This document shows, piece after piece, positions 47,731 through 57,823 of a DNA stretch of 64,000 nt. The DNA lies in sequence record LC739537.1; one strand, written 5' to 3'. The notes beneath the pieces were generated by a model. It ran no database searches. It was not told where the DNA came from and worked only from the letters and a program-made list of their open reading frames with translations. Position numbers and translations under genes: made by a program. Numbering within the stretch: the first letter of the stretch is position 1; the number at the start of each line of letters is the position of its first letter. Source of the DNA: Escherichia phage phiWec188.

Positions 47731-49971
47731 GTGATTCGATACGTTACTAAATCAAATGGCAAGACAGAAGAGTTTAATCCTGAAAAACTGCGTAAATGGT
47801 CTGAATTTGCAGCAGGGAAACTGAACTGGTCGGAAATTGAATTAGAAGCTGTGAAACGTTGTTACGATGGGGTGTCTACTCGTGATTTACATAAAGCTAT
47901 GATCGCCGCATGTATTGACAAAAAGACTCAAGCGTATAGCGACATGGCAGGTCGATTGCTTCTCGGTATGATTTACAAACAGGCTCACGGGGGATACCAC
48001 AGTATCCCTTCCCTGTACACCTTCTACCAGGATATGGTGAAGCGTGGACATTGGGCTAAGATGGATTATACCGAAGAAGAAATCAAAGAGATTGGTAAGA
48101 TTGTCAAACACAACAAGAATCTAACCTACGGTTATTCCGTTCTTCGTCAGATGGCAGATAAATACCTGGTTCGTGATGCTGTGAATGATGTTGTTCATGA
48201 GTCACCGCAATTCCTGTTTATTGGTGTGGCAATGCGTGTTATGGAGATCCAGCCTAAAGATCGTCGTATTGACGATATCAAAAAGCTGTACACATATGTA
48301 AGTGATCTTCAGATTAACTTACCATCTCCATATCTGACAACGTTACGTACTCCGATCAAGGGTAGCGCGTCTTGTTGTTTATTCCGTGCAGACGATACAG
48401 CAGAGTCTTTGGCTATTGCAAACTATTTGGCACACGAATACACGTTAAATAATGCAGGGATTGGTGTTAACCTCCAGACCCGTGCAACGGGACAGGGTGT
48501 TAAGAACAACCGTATCATTCATGGTGGTCTTCTCCCTTACCTGAAGTGGATGGAAGATAGTGTAGGAGCTTCTAAACAAGCGAGTCGTGGTGGTAGTGCA
48601 ACGGTTACGTTCACAATCTTGGAGCCAGATTTTGAAGATCTGATTCGACTGAAGAACCCAACCACTCCGATCGATAAGCGTGTTGATAAGCTGGATTATT
48701 CTGTTGTTGTAAACCGCTCCTTCCTTCGCCGTGCTGCTAAAGGTGAAGAGTGGATGCTTGTGAGTTGTGACGAAGCACCGGAACTTTACGAAGCACTGTA
48801 CAAAAGTGAAGAAGAGTTCGATGCTGTCTACGATAAAGTTAGTCGCCGTCGCATCAAAAAGAAAATTGTTAAGGCTCGTGACCTGTTGACTGAAATCATT
48901 GTTCAACGTGCAGAGACTGGACGTATTTATATGTTCTTCGCTGACAACGTAAACAATCACACTCCTTTCCTGGATACCGTGTATCAGTCGAACTTATGTC
49001 AGGAGATCTTTTTACCTACTAAAGCGTTCCATAAAATGACGGATCTCTTTACTGGTGAAAACACAGAAGATCAAGAATTGGCTTTATGCTTCTTGTCCTC
49101 TATCGTTGCTGGGCGAGTTACGCCGGAGCAATACGAAGATGTTGCGTACTACACTGTATTGACGATTGATAACGTTATTGAGACGATGGAATACCCATTC
49201 AAACATAACGAGATCACAGCTAAGGCTCGCCGCTCTATTGGCGTAGGTATTACAAACCTTGCACATTATCTGGCAAGCAACTTTGTAACCTATTCTGATC
49301 CTTATGCGAAGAAGCTGATGCATGAATTAGCAGAACGTCATTACTTCTGGTTGGCACAAGCCTCTCTGCGCTTGGCGAAAGAGAAAGGTAATGCCGAGTG
49401 GATGGATAAAACTAAGTGGCCTCAAGGTTGGCTCCCTATTGACACCTACGCTAAAGCAGTAGATACTATTGGGGACTTTGAACTGAAGCTGGATTGGGAA
49501 GGCTTACGTGCTGGTATCATTGAACAAGGCGGTATCCGTAACAGTGTGCTTGCAGCAGTGGCCCCGAACGAATCAAGTAGCTTGGTGAGTAACACTACCA
49601 ACTCACTCTACCCTGTACGTGACACGATCATGTACAAACAGAGTCAGAAAGGTAACGTACTGTTTATCGTACCGGATTACGAAAAACTGAAAATGTTCTA
49701 TCAGTCGGCGTGGGATACCCCGTCTAAAGATATTGCCGAGATGTACGGACTCTTCACTAAGTTTACGGATCAGGGTATCTCCTGTGATGCTTGGTTGGAT
49801 TATTCCAAAATGGAAGGTGGACGTTTATCAGTGAAAGCCGAGATGCAATTTATCTTGACATTTGCAAAGCTTGGTGGTAAATCTCTTTACTACCTGAACA
49901 GCCGAACCAAATCAGCAGAATCTATGGCCCAAGAAGATTCTGACGGTGGTTGTGAAGCTTGTAAAATGTAG
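47731..49971 (+). CDS. nrdA: ribonucleoside-diphosphate reductase alpha subunit (class I)
   Basis: 746 aa; N-terminal ATP-cone-like start, class I catalytic-subunit length; GTG start with GGGAGGAG RBS; followed by nrdB. Confidence 0.8.
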   Translation: MIRYVTKSNGKTEEFNPEKLRKWSEFAAGKLNWSEIELEAVKRCYDGVSTRDLHKAMIAACIDKKTQAYSDMAGRLLLGMIYKQAHGGYHSIPSLYTFYQDMVKRGHWAKMDYTEEEIKEIGKIVKHNKNLTYGYSVLRQMADKYLVRDAVNDVVHESPQFLFIGVAMRVMEIQPKDRRIDDIKKLYTYVSDLQINLPSPYLTTLRTPIKGSASCCLFRADDTAESLAIANYLAHEYTLNNAGIGVNLQTRATGQGVKNNRIIHGGLLPYLKWMEDSVGASKQASRGGSATVTFTILEPDFEDLIRLKNPTTPIDKRVDKLDYSVVVNRSFLRRAAKGEEWMLVSCDEAPELYEALYKSEEEFDAVYDKVSRRRIKKKIVKARDLLTEIIVQRAETGRIYMFFADNVNNHTPFLDTVYQSNLCQEIFLPTKAFHKMTDLFTGENTEDQELALCFLSSIVAGRVTPEQYEDVAYYTVLTIDNVIETMEYPFKHNEITAKARRSIGVGITNLAHYLASNFVTYSDPYAKKLMHELAERHYFWLAQASLRLAKEKGNAEWMDKTKWPQGWLPIDTYAKAVDTIGDFELKLDWEGLRAGIIEQGGIRNSVLAAVAPNESSSLVSNTTNSLYPVRDTIMYKQSQKGNVLFIVPDYEKLKMFYQSAWDTPSKDIAEMYGLFTKFTDQGISCDAWLDYSKMEGGRLSVKAEMQFILTFAKLGGKSLYYLNSRTKSAESMAQEDSDGGCEACKM

Positions 49972-49977
49972 CAATAT

Positions 49978-49999
49978 AGGGGCTTCGGCCCCTTTTTAT
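49978..49999 (+). terminator. rho-independent terminator after nrdA
   Basis: AGGGGC-TTCG-GCCCCT hairpin followed by TTTTATT. Confidence 0.75.
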
Positions 50000-50010
50000 T
50001 GAGGAGGATT

Positions 50011-50349
50011 ATGAGCACACTTATAGTTTTACCTGGAGTAACCCCAATCTACCGACCTGGGTTTAAGCCTCTGTTGATTCGCCCTGAAGATTTTACCCCT
50101 ACTTGGTGTCACCATTATCTTGGTGGTCTTGAAATAGCTAACATGCAGATTTGGGAATCTTTTTATCCAGAAGCCACGGCTTACGCAATAACAAGGGCAA
50201 GAAGTGAAGAAACAGTGACTGTTATACTTGGTAGAAGCGTATGGGAAGCACTGGAAGCTTTCTACCGGAGCAATGATTTTGAGGAAGAAGATATTTTAAG
50301 CTTAAGAGGTTTTTGTGAAATAGTGGAGGATTTAAATGGCAGCAATTAA
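50011..50349 (+). CDS. hypothetical protein
   Basis: ATG at 50011 with GAGGAGG RBS (track ORF begins at TTG 49999). Confidence 0.4.
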   Translation: MSTLIVLPGVTPIYRPGFKPLLIRPEDFTPTWCHHYLGGLEIANMQIWESFYPEATAYAITRARSEETVTVILGRSVWEALEAFYRSNDFEEEDILSLRGFCEIVEDLNGSN

Positions 50350-51421
50350 TTTACATAACGAGACTTACAAAACAGGTAAATATCCAGTTTTCATGGGGGA
50401 ACAGTTGGGGATTTTTGATTCTATCAACGTGACTTACCCTGAAATGCACCGTCTGTATAAACTCCAGAAAGCCCAAGATTGGGATGAGAATGAAGTGGAT
50501 CTTAGTCAGACCCGTAAAGACTTTGTAGCGTGTTCAAAAAACAACTACGATGTTATGATCAAGAACTTGTCGTTCCAGTGGGAGAATGATTCCCTGGCAA
50601 AATCAATCATCACTTTGTTCTCTCCGTTTTTGAGCAACAATGAAGCTTGCGCTATGATGATGAAGCAGAGTGAAATGGAAGTGCTTCATGCTCTAACTTA
50701 CTCGGAGATCGTTCGCCAGTGTACTCCAAACCCTGTAGAAGTTATTGATCAGATTATGGAGAACGATAAGATCTTCAACCGTATGGGTATCATTGCAGAG
50801 ATCATGGGAGATTTGGAAGAAGCAGGTCACAAATATGCACTTGGTCTGATTGAAGCTGATGATAAACTACGTTTGCTGGTCATGAAAGGTCTGGTAGCCC
50901 TGATTGGTCTGGAAGGTATCCAGTTTATCTCTTCTTTCTCGGCAACGTTCGCCTTGGCAGAACAGCAACTGTTTGTAGGTGCTTGTAAACTGATTCAGAA
51001 AATCATGTTGGATGAAATCCTGCATGTTAAAATGGACTATGCTGTCATTGATGCTCTGATGCAAGATCCTGTGTGGAAGAAGATCTACGAAGATAACATC
51101 GAAGAACTTACAACTATTCTGGATACAGTTATCGCTCAAGAAGAGCAGTGGTGTGATTATCTGTTTAGTGAAGGACGTTTTATCGTTGGGCTGAATGCTG
51201 AACTATCCCGTCAATGGGTGTACTTCAATGCGGCTCCAATTTATCGTCGTCTGAAGATGAAGCACAGCTTTAAATCTCCTAAACAGAACCCACTACCTTG
51301 GATGGACATTTGGTTAAACCCAGATCAGATTCAAGCAGCGGCGCAAGAGATCCAGGTTACAGCTTATAAACTGAACTCGGCTAACAAAGATGTTTCTGAT
51401 GATATGGAGTTTGACTTTTAA
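50336..51421 (+). CDS. nrdB: ribonucleoside-diphosphate reductase beta subunit
   Basis: 361 aa; ferritin-like R2 pattern with conserved E/H-containing helices and the acidic C-terminal tail characteristic of R2. Confidence 0.75.
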   Translation: MAAINLHNETYKTGKYPVFMGEQLGIFDSINVTYPEMHRLYKLQKAQDWDENEVDLSQTRKDFVACSKNNYDVMIKNLSFQWENDSLAKSIITLFSPFLSNNEACAMMMKQSEMEVLHALTYSEIVRQCTPNPVEVIDQIMENDKIFNRMGIIAEIMGDLEEAGHKYALGLIEADDKLRLLVMKGLVALIGLEGIQFISSFSATFALAEQQLFVGACKLIQKIMLDEILHVKMDYAVIDALMQDPVWKKIYEDNIEELTTILDTVIAQEEQWCDYLFSEGRFIVGLNAELSRQWVYFNAAPIYRRLKMKHSFKSPKQNPLPWMDIWLNPDQIQAAAQEIQVTAYKLNSANKDVSDDMEFDF

Positions 51422-51639
51422 TGAAACTTAAATGTGTAGGATTGATCGACACATTCAAAGACGTATTTGACAAAGGGGCTTCCTATGAAGCCTCGGAGTT
51501 AAAGAACGGTTTTTGTGATGTGCATGGTAAACGTCTTAAGAAAAACGGAGAACCCTGGCTTGGTGTTATGTCTTGTGGTCATATTGTGGTTAACGGTGTT
51601 GCAAAGTTTGAAATCGTAAAGGAGGAAGATAATGAGTGA
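51421..51639 (+). CDS. hypothetical protein
   Basis: 72-aa ORF starting at the nrdB stop (TAATG). Confidence 0.4.
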   Translation: MKLKCVGLIDTFKDVFDKGASYEASELKNGFCDVHGKRLKKNGEPWLGVMSCGHIVVNGVAKFEIVKEEDNE

Positions 51640-51775
51640 GTTTCGTTTTTGCCCTATTTGTGGTGGTACAGGTAATGCCTTAATTAGTGCGGAGCAGTAC
51701 AGCCCGTGTTGGCATTGTTCTGGTAGTGGTTTGGTAGTTGAAGAAAACAAAGAGGAGGAAAAAGATGGGGATTGA
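51632..51775 (+). CDS. small zinc-ribbon protein (47 aa)
   Basis: CPICGG...CWHCSGSG two CxxC motifs; GGAGG RBS; below track cutoff. Confidence 0.35.
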   Translation: MSEFRFCPICGGTGNALISAEQYSPCWHCSGSGLVVEENKEEEKDGD

Positions 51776-52091
51776 TATCGAGTGGAAGATGGTGCAAGGC
51801 GCACCATATAAGAAATGGGAAGAAGTGTTTAAAGGCGATCCGCAGATTGAAGATCAATTCGATGGGGATTTCAACTGGTTTCTTTACGAAGGTATTGGAC
51901 TGGTAAACGTATCCCCGTGGTATGATGCAGATCCTGAAGATTGTGTCTTTGGTATTGAACTTGCGTCAGGATGCAGCGCACGGGCAATAGACCTCACAAG
52001 CTTGGATAAAAAAGCAAACGAGATCTATTTTGAACTGCTTAATAAGTATAACATTGAAACTGAAACGTTAGTATCACAGAACGTCTGGTAA
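51765..52091 (+). CDS. hypothetical protein
   Basis: ATG at 51765 with GAGGAGG RBS (track ORF from TTG 51738). Confidence 0.4.
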   Translation: MGIDIEWKMVQGAPYKKWEEVFKGDPQIEDQFDGDFNWFLYEGIGLVNVSPWYDADPEDCVFGIELASGCSARAIDLTSLDKKANEIYFELLNKYNIETETLVSQNVW

Positions 52092-52100
52092 GGAGATTAA

Positions 52101-52298
52101 ATGAAAGACCAAATGATTAATGGACCTCGTGTAACAGTTAGTCCTAAAACTTTTGCATCTCTTCTGGACGACACTGGTGAGGTTTATACTTACACAAGAG
52201 ATTCACTGCCTCTGCCTGAAAGTGCACAGGGTTCACGTTCGCTTTTTTATAAAGGTGTTCTTTTTACGGAAGCAAAAGAAGACAAGGAGACTAAATGA
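52101..52298 (+). CDS. hypothetical protein
   Basis: 65-aa ORF directly upstream of rmlB. Confidence 0.4.
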   Translation: MKDQMINGPRVTVSPKTFASLLDDTGEVYTYTRDSLPLPESAQGSRSLFYKGVLFTEAKEDKETK

Positions 52299-53287
52299 GA
52301 TACCTGGTAACAGGTGGTCTTGGTTTCATTGGGAGCGCCGTAGTGCGCTCTCTTTGTCAAGATCCTAAAAATGAAGTTTTTGTTATTGATAAAATGGGCT
52401 ATGCTGCTGACATTGAAAATGTCGGAGATATTACTCATGCGAAACTAAGCATGACAGATCTGGTCGATGAAGCACAAGTTAAAAACTTGGTTGTTGAGTG
52501 TAACCCTGATTTCATCATTCACTTGGCAGCAGAGAGTCATGTAGACAATTCGATCAAGAATCCACGAGCTTTTATCGACTCTAACATCATCGGTACATAT
52601 AATCTGTTAGAAGCTGCAAGGCTTCTTCCTAAGAACAAGCTGAAGATGTTTGTACACGTCTCTACAGACGAAGTGTACGGCGATATGGAGGACTCTGGTG
52701 CTCCCTTTACCGAAGAGACAGCTTATGCTCCTTCAAGCCCATACAGCGCGTCTAAGGCGGCATCTGATCACCTTGTCAAAGCTTGGCACCGTACTTACGA
52801 TTTACCTGTAGTGATAACCAACTGTTCCAATAACTTTGGGCCTTACCAACACCCTGAAAAATTGATTCCAAAAGTGATCACGAACATCTTGACAGACCAA
52901 CCTATTCCCGTATACGGTAAAGGCGATCAGGTACGAGATTGGCTTTTCGTAGAAGATCATGCACGAGCTATTATTTTGGCAGCAACGGGCGGGGAAGTAG
53001 GACAAACCTACAACGTAGGTACACGCAATCCTAAAACAAACATGGAAATCATTTACATGATTTGTGATTACATGGATGCTGTTCACCCATCCTTCGGGAC
53101 ATACCCTGCTTCCGGTTTGATTAGTTTTGTTGAAGATCGTAAAGGTCATGACTTGCATTATGAAATCAATCCTGCTAAGATTGAATCTGAACTGGGTTGG
53201 AAAGCAAACTCTACATTCGAAGAAGACTTGTACTCTACGATTGAATGGTATTTAAATAATCCTCAATGGTGGAGTATGAAGATTTAA
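52295..53287 (+). CDS. rmlB: dTDP-glucose 4,6-dehydratase
   Basis: N-terminus [18 protein letters not shown] (Rossmann GxxGxxG), [21 protein letters not shown] (SDR catalytic YxxxK); near-collinear with bacterial RmlB. Confidence 0.85.
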   Translation: MRYLVTGGLGFIGSAVVRSLCQDPKNEVFVIDKMGYAADIENVGDITHAKLSMTDLVDEAQVKNLVVECNPDFIIHLAAESHVDNSIKNPRAFIDSNIIGTYNLLEAARLLPKNKLKMFVHVSTDEVYGDMEDSGAPFTEETAYAPSSPYSASKAASDHLVKAWHRTYDLPVVITNCSNNFGPYQHPEKLIPKVITNILTDQPIPVYGKGDQVRDWLFVEDHARAIILAATGGEVGQTYNVGTRNPKTNMEIIYMICDYMDAVHPSFGTYPASGLISFVEDRKGHDLHYEINPAKIESELGWKANSTFEEDLYSTIEWYLNNPQWWSMKI

Positions 53288-53295
53288 GGAGGGTT

Positions 53296-54174
53296 ATGAA
53301 AGGTATTATTTTAGCGGGAGGAAGTGGAACCCGCCTACATCCTGTAACACGCAGTGTGAGCAAGCAATTGCTCCCTGTGTATGACAAACCTATGATTTAT
53401 TATCCTTTATCAGTCTTGATGTTGTCAGATATTAAGGATATCTTAATCATCACAACCCCAGGCGATCAGGAAGATTTTGAGTATCTTCTTGGAGATGGGT
53501 CTATGTTTGGAATAAAGATCACTTACGCAATGCAGTCTGAACCACGAGGTCTTGCAGATGCTTTCATCATCGGTAAAGATTTTATTGGGGAAGATTCTGT
53601 TGCTCTTATTTTAGGGGATAACTTGTTCTTCGGACAAAGTTTCGGAAAACTCCTTATCCAAGCCAGCGAAATGGTGGATGTTTGGGGTGGAGCTTGTATC
53701 TTCGGGTATCTGGTGAAAGATCCTGAACGATTCGGTGTTGTTGAGTTTGGAAGTAATCGCCAAGCTATCTCTATTGAAGAGAAACCGGAACATCCCAAAT
53801 CAGACTATGCAGTCACGGGTTTGTATTTCTATGACAACTCTGTTGTTCAACGTGCATTGGAAGTAACTCCTTCCGATCGTGGAGAACTGGAGATCACAGA
53901 TATCAATCGCAGCTACCTCGAAGACAGGAAGTTACAAGTGGAAGTTCTTGGAAGAGGATTCACTTGGTTGGATACAGGGACACACGCCAGTCTAATGGAA
54001 GCAGGTCAATTCGTGCAGACTATTGAGAACTGCCAAGGATTGAAGATTGCGTGCCTGGAAGAGATTGCTTTCAAAAAAGGGTGGATTTCTTTAGAGACTT
54101 TGGTGTATCATGGCAACTCATTGAAGAAAACAGAGTACGGGCAATATCTGTTAAAATTAGCGGAGGGTAAATGA
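53296..54174 (+). CDS. rmlA: glucose-1-phosphate thymidylyltransferase
   Basis: [39 protein letters not shown] closely matches the RmlA N-terminal signature; ATG at 53296 with AAGGAGGG RBS. Confidence 0.85.
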   Translation: MKGIILAGGSGTRLHPVTRSVSKQLLPVYDKPMIYYPLSVLMLSDIKDILIITTPGDQEDFEYLLGDGSMFGIKITYAMQSEPRGLADAFIIGKDFIGEDSVALILGDNLFFGQSFGKLLIQASEMVDVWGGACIFGYLVKDPERFGVVEFGSNRQAISIEEKPEHPKSDYAVTGLYFYDNSVVQRALEVTPSDRGELEITDINRSYLEDRKLQVEVLGRGFTWLDTGTHASLMEAGQFVQTIENCQGLKIACLEEIAFKKGWISLETLVYHGNSLKKTEYGQYLLKLAEGK

Positions 54175-54731
54175 AAATAAAAGAATTAAGTATTCCTGGT
54201 CTGGTTGTCTTTAAACCTCAAGTTTACAAAGATGATCGTGGTTCCTTCACGGAGACGTTTAACGAGAAGATTTACGAAGAGGTTATTGGCAAACAAACGT
54301 TTGTTCAGGATAACCATTCATTCTCTACTTTAGGTGTTCTTCGCGGAATGCACTTTCAAGTAAATAACCCGCAAGGTAAGCTTGTACGTTGCACACGAGG
54401 TGAAGTTTTTGACGTGGCTGTAGATCTTCGTGAAGGTAGTCCAACCTTCGGACAATGGGAAGGTGTGATTCTTAGTGGGTGTAACAATAAACAGTTGTGG
54501 ATTCCACCTGGCTTTGCACATGGTTTTGTTGTAACCTCTTATGAAGCCAACTTTGAATACAAGTGCACCAACTACTACGATCCGGCATCTGAACGTAGTT
54601 TGTTGTGGAACGATCCTACTGTGAATATTGATTGGGGTTTTGATATGATTTTCAATGATGAGAATTTTGTACCCATCATTTCGGAAAAGGATGCACAAGC
54701 TAAAACACTGAAGGAGCTTATGGGATCATGA
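54171..54731 (+). CDS. rmlC: dTDP-4-dehydrorhamnose 3,5-epimerase
   Basis: 186 aa cupin-type protein; DDRGSF, RGMHFQ and [11 protein letters not shown] match RmlC conserved blocks. Confidence 0.8.
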   Translation: MKIKELSIPGLVVFKPQVYKDDRGSFTETFNEKIYEEVIGKQTFVQDNHSFSTLGVLRGMHFQVNNPQGKLVRCTRGEVFDVAVDLREGSPTFGQWEGVILSGCNNKQLWIPPGFAHGFVVTSYEANFEYKCTNYYDPASERSLLWNDPTVNIDWGFDMIFNDENFVPIISEKDAQAKTLKELMGS

Positions 54732-55570
54732 AAACATATTTAGTATTGGGTGGTAATGGTCAATTAGGTCAGGCACTGCGTAAAGTGGTGCCGGAGAATG
54801 TGACTTTGGTGTATCCAGAAAAGCGTGTAGATATCACCAGTTTTGAAGCTGTGCGGAAAGCGATCATGGAAACCCCAAATATTAACGGTGTTATCAACTG
54901 TGCGGCATACACTGCTGTGGACAAAGCCGAGACAGATGTTGATGCAGCTATGGCTGTAAATTTACACGGGGCAGCTAATATTGCTGCCTTCTGTAAGGCT
55001 TGGGATATTGACATGGTGCATATTTCTACTGACTATGTGTTCAACAGCGATAAACCGTTGTTCCATCAGGATGAACCCAACCCTATCAATGTTTACGGGT
55101 TATCTAAAAGTTTGGGTGAAGCTGCTGTTCGTGGTATCTACCATAAAGCTTTTATTATCCGCACGGCTTCTGTGTATAGCGAGTTTGGTAACAACTTCCT
55201 GAAGACTATGGTATCTCGTTACAACGATGGTCAAAGAAACTTCTCGGTAGTTGCAGATCAAACATCTCGACCAACTTATGCCCCAGATTTGGCTAAGATG
55301 ATTTTCCAAGTGTTGGAAACAGGATATAACACCCGTACTTTGCATTACGCTGGGAACATCACTGTTTCGTGGCACCAGTTCGCAAAAATGATATTGACAC
55401 GTATGCCTGAATCTGTTATTATACACCCGACCTCTGCTGCAACCTATAATTCGGCAGCGATGCGACCAGCAAAGTCTATACTAATTACGTCTGGTTGGAA
55501 CGAACCTTCAAGCGTCGGACAAGGTATTGAAGAATCTTTAGCAGTATTACTTAATAAGGAGAGAGCATGA
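54728..55570 (+). CDS. rmlD: dTDP-4-dehydrorhamnose reductase
   Basis: 280 aa; NCAAYTAVDKAE, STDYVF, NVYGLSK...GE, GNNFLKTM and RPTYA correspond to RmlD conserved segments. Confidence 0.8.
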   Translation: MKTYLVLGGNGQLGQALRKVVPENVTLVYPEKRVDITSFEAVRKAIMETPNINGVINCAAYTAVDKAETDVDAAMAVNLHGAANIAAFCKAWDIDMVHISTDYVFNSDKPLFHQDEPNPINVYGLSKSLGEAAVRGIYHKAFIIRTASVYSEFGNNFLKTMVSRYNDGQRNFSVVADQTSRPTYAPDLAKMIFQVLETGYNTRTLHYAGNITVSWHQFAKMILTRMPESVIIHPTSAATYNSAAMRPAKSILITSGWNEPSSVGQGIEESLAVLLNKERA

Positions 55571-55827
55571 ATTTTGTAATTTACGGCAAACCAAATTGCC
55601 AGTTCTGTGAAATGTCCAAACAACTCTTAACTATGCGTGAAAAAGAGTTTGAATATCTGACATTAGATCAAGATTATGATTTTGAAGTGATGACTCAAGC
55701 AGTGATCGCAGCAACAGGAATTGCACCTCGCACCTTCCCGCAGATCTTTGTGGAAGAGCTTGGAGCAGTAACCCACGTAGGCGGTTTTACCGAACTGCGT
55801 GATTTCATGGCTCAAATTGCGGAGTAA
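55567..55827 (+). CDS. glutaredoxin-like protein (NrdH/Grx family)
   Basis: 86 aa with N-terminal CQFC redox motif in a thioredoxin-fold context (VIYGKPNCQFCEMSKQLL). Confidence 0.65.
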   Translation: MNFVIYGKPNCQFCEMSKQLLTMREKEFEYLTLDQDYDFEVMTQAVIAATGIAPRTFPQIFVEELGAVTHVGGFTELRDFMAQIAE

Positions 55828-55832
55828 TATAA

Positions 55833-55982
55833 ATGAAAAGTAAACAGAAACGTAAGATCTTTTCTCGTGCTTTAGCAAACGAGCTTAAGTCCAACACAAA
55901 GAAGACGAAACCGAAACGTGAGACTTCTCCTGAACATTTACTGTTTGACGAACTGGATCACGGAGTAGAGGACGACGAATAA
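55833..55982 (+). CDS. small hypothetical protein (49 aa; basic N-terminus, acidic C-terminus)
   Basis: ATG at 55833 filling the gap between grx and lysozyme; below track cutoff. Confidence 0.3.
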   Translation: MKSKQKRKIFSRALANELKSNTKKTKPKRETSPEHLLFDELDHGVEDDE

Positions 55983-55990
55983 AGGAAAAC

Positions 55991-56494
55991 ATGGCTAAAA
56001 AAGTAGTAGATGAGTTTGACATGTTGGCTGTTGATGAAGGACTGAAGCTGACTGTTTACCCAGACACCTTGGGATATTGGACAGTCGGCATTGGACACCT
56101 CTTAACTAAAAAGAAAGATAAGGCGGAAGCTATTCGTATTCTGGATGCTCTTGTTGGTCGCAAGACTAACGGAGTTATCACAGAGAAAGAAGCCCGTGCT
56201 ATCTTTGCTGACGATGTTGAAAAGGCGAAAAAACAGATTAAAAACAGTTCCATTCTTGCCCCAATTTATGATAAGGTGAGTGAAACCCGTAAACTGGCAA
56301 TCATCAATATGGTGTTCCAGTTGGGGTTAACCGGAACGGAAGGCTTTAAAAATAGCTTGACTTTAATCAGTAATTCGTACTATACTCAAGCTGGTAAAAA
56401 CATGAGAGCCAGTAAATGGTACTCTCAAACGCCAAACCGTGCAGAACGAGTAATCAAGGTTCTAACATCTGGGACTCTTGATTCTTACAACTAA
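55991..56494 (+). CDS. endolysin, T4 lysozyme (gpe)-like muramidase
   Basis: Collinear with T4 lysozyme as recalled: DEGLKLTVYPDTLGYWTVGIGHLLTK (catalytic Glu/Asp/Thr region), NGVITEKEA, INMVFQLG, WYSQTPNRAERVI. Confidence 0.8.
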   Translation: MAKKVVDEFDMLAVDEGLKLTVYPDTLGYWTVGIGHLLTKKKDKAEAIRILDALVGRKTNGVITEKEARAIFADDVEKAKKQIKNSSILAPIYDKVSETRKLAIINMVFQLGLTGTEGFKNSLTLISNSYYTQAGKNMRASKWYSQTPNRAERVIKVLTSGTLDSYN

Positions 56495-56497
56495 CAA

Positions 56498-56519
56498 AGG
56501 GGCGCAAGCCCCTTCTATA
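56498..56519 (+). terminator. hairpin, weak terminator candidate
   Basis: AAGGGGC-GCAA-GCCCCTT hairpin followed by CTAT (poor T tract). Confidence 0.35.
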
Positions 56520-56531
56520 AGGAGTGCTACT

Positions 56532-57287
56532 ATGGGAAAAACAGCTACCGCTAAATCACCGCGCCAGAAGTTAGCTTCTAATGCGAAAGTAGAAAGTCGT
56601 TATGCTGCAAAAGCAGTTGGAAATGATGACTATCGTTTAGATGGGTTTTCACCAGAAGGAGATCAGCAGCAAATCGTTCAAAGTATGATCTGGAATGATC
56701 TTACAGTCGTAAATGCTCCAGCAGGGACAGGCAAGACTTCCGTGACTTTATGGAAAGCTTTGCAGATGCTTCGAGCAGGAGATTTCCGTAAGCTTCTTTT
56801 TATTAAAAACCCGACTGAAGTTGGTGATGATCAGATTGGTTTCCTTTCGGGAGATAAAACTGATAAACTGGCGGCGCACTACGAATCAACCAAACGAATC
56901 TTCCAGCAGTTTATGACTGCAAACAAATTAGAGAATGATATTGGTTCCGGTAAGATTGAACTTAATATCCCGAACTACCTACTGGGTGCTACCCTGGACA
57001 ACACTATCGTGATCATTGATGAAGCACAGCTTATGTCTCCAGAAACATTAAAACTTCTGGTAGAGCGTGCAGGGATCAACACTCATGTTGTTGTTCTTGG
57101 AGATGTTCGTCAAACCTACGCTATCAAAAAGCGTGCAAACGGTTTGAAAGATCTTCTTGACAAAGTTGCCCCTGAAGGTGAAGATGGTGTTCGTGTCCCT
57201 CTGGTAGACTTTATCGGTTATGTGCAGTTAACCACAGATGACAACAAACGATCTCGTTTGTCTAAGTTCATCACGGAAATTTATTAA
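56532..57287 (+). CDS. phoH: PhoH-like ATPase
   Basis: Walker A APAGTGKTSV, Walker B VIIDEAQ; ATG at 56532 with AAGGAG RBS (track ORF from 56478 overlaps lysozyme). Confidence 0.75.
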   Translation: MGKTATAKSPRQKLASNAKVESRYAAKAVGNDDYRLDGFSPEGDQQQIVQSMIWNDLTVVNAPAGTGKTSVTLWKALQMLRAGDFRKLLFIKNPTEVGDDQIGFLSGDKTDKLAAHYESTKRIFQQFMTANKLENDIGSGKIELNIPNYLLGATLDNTIVIIDEAQLMSPETLKLLVERAGINTHVVVLGDVRQTYAIKKRANGLKDLLDKVAPEGEDGVRVPLVDFIGYVQLTTDDNKRSRLSKFITEIY

Positions 57288-57325
57288 TAACAAAAAGCAA
57301 GGATGCTTTATTAAAGGGAGGGTCG

Positions 57326-57823
57326 ATGGTACAGACAATTATAGATCGGACTGGTATTGATGAATGTTACCAAACTGGGCTTGTGAAGCCTAACGAGTTC
57401 CGACAGATTTGCGTGAATCATATTGAGAAAGAAATTGCACTAACTTTGGAGAACCTTACCCTCCGAGACAAGCTGTCAATGTTTGTGGCTTGGTGTAAAG
57501 GTGAAGATTGGTTATTGGCCCATTTTCAAGAACTTTCTGATAGTCAAGAAGGCTTATATGAATGTATAATAGGAATAGCTGGCTCCAATCCTGAACTTCT
57601 CCATTTGGAAGAAGAAGAGGCGAAGTTACTGTTCTTAAGCAACATGTTCAATCGTAAAGCATTGCTTGTTCGTGAGTGTAGTGATCTTTTAAATCATCCA
57701 CTGGCGATCACAAACGAAATACTGGTTGACAAAGAGACATTACGTGCGATAGACTATCTGCGCAAGTATGTCAACGGCGGGAAAGCAGTTCTTAAAACAT
57801 TAACAGAGGAGGAAGCAGAATGA
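57326..57823 (+). CDS. hypothetical protein
   Basis: 165-aa ORF, AGGGAGG RBS. Confidence 0.4.
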   Translation: MVQTIIDRTGIDECYQTGLVKPNEFRQICVNHIEKEIALTLENLTLRDKLSMFVAWCKGEDWLLAHFQELSDSQEGLYECIIGIAGSNPELLHLEEEEAKLLFLSNMFNRKALLVRECSDLLNHPLAITNEILVDKETLRAIDYLRKYVNGGKAVLKTLTEEEAE

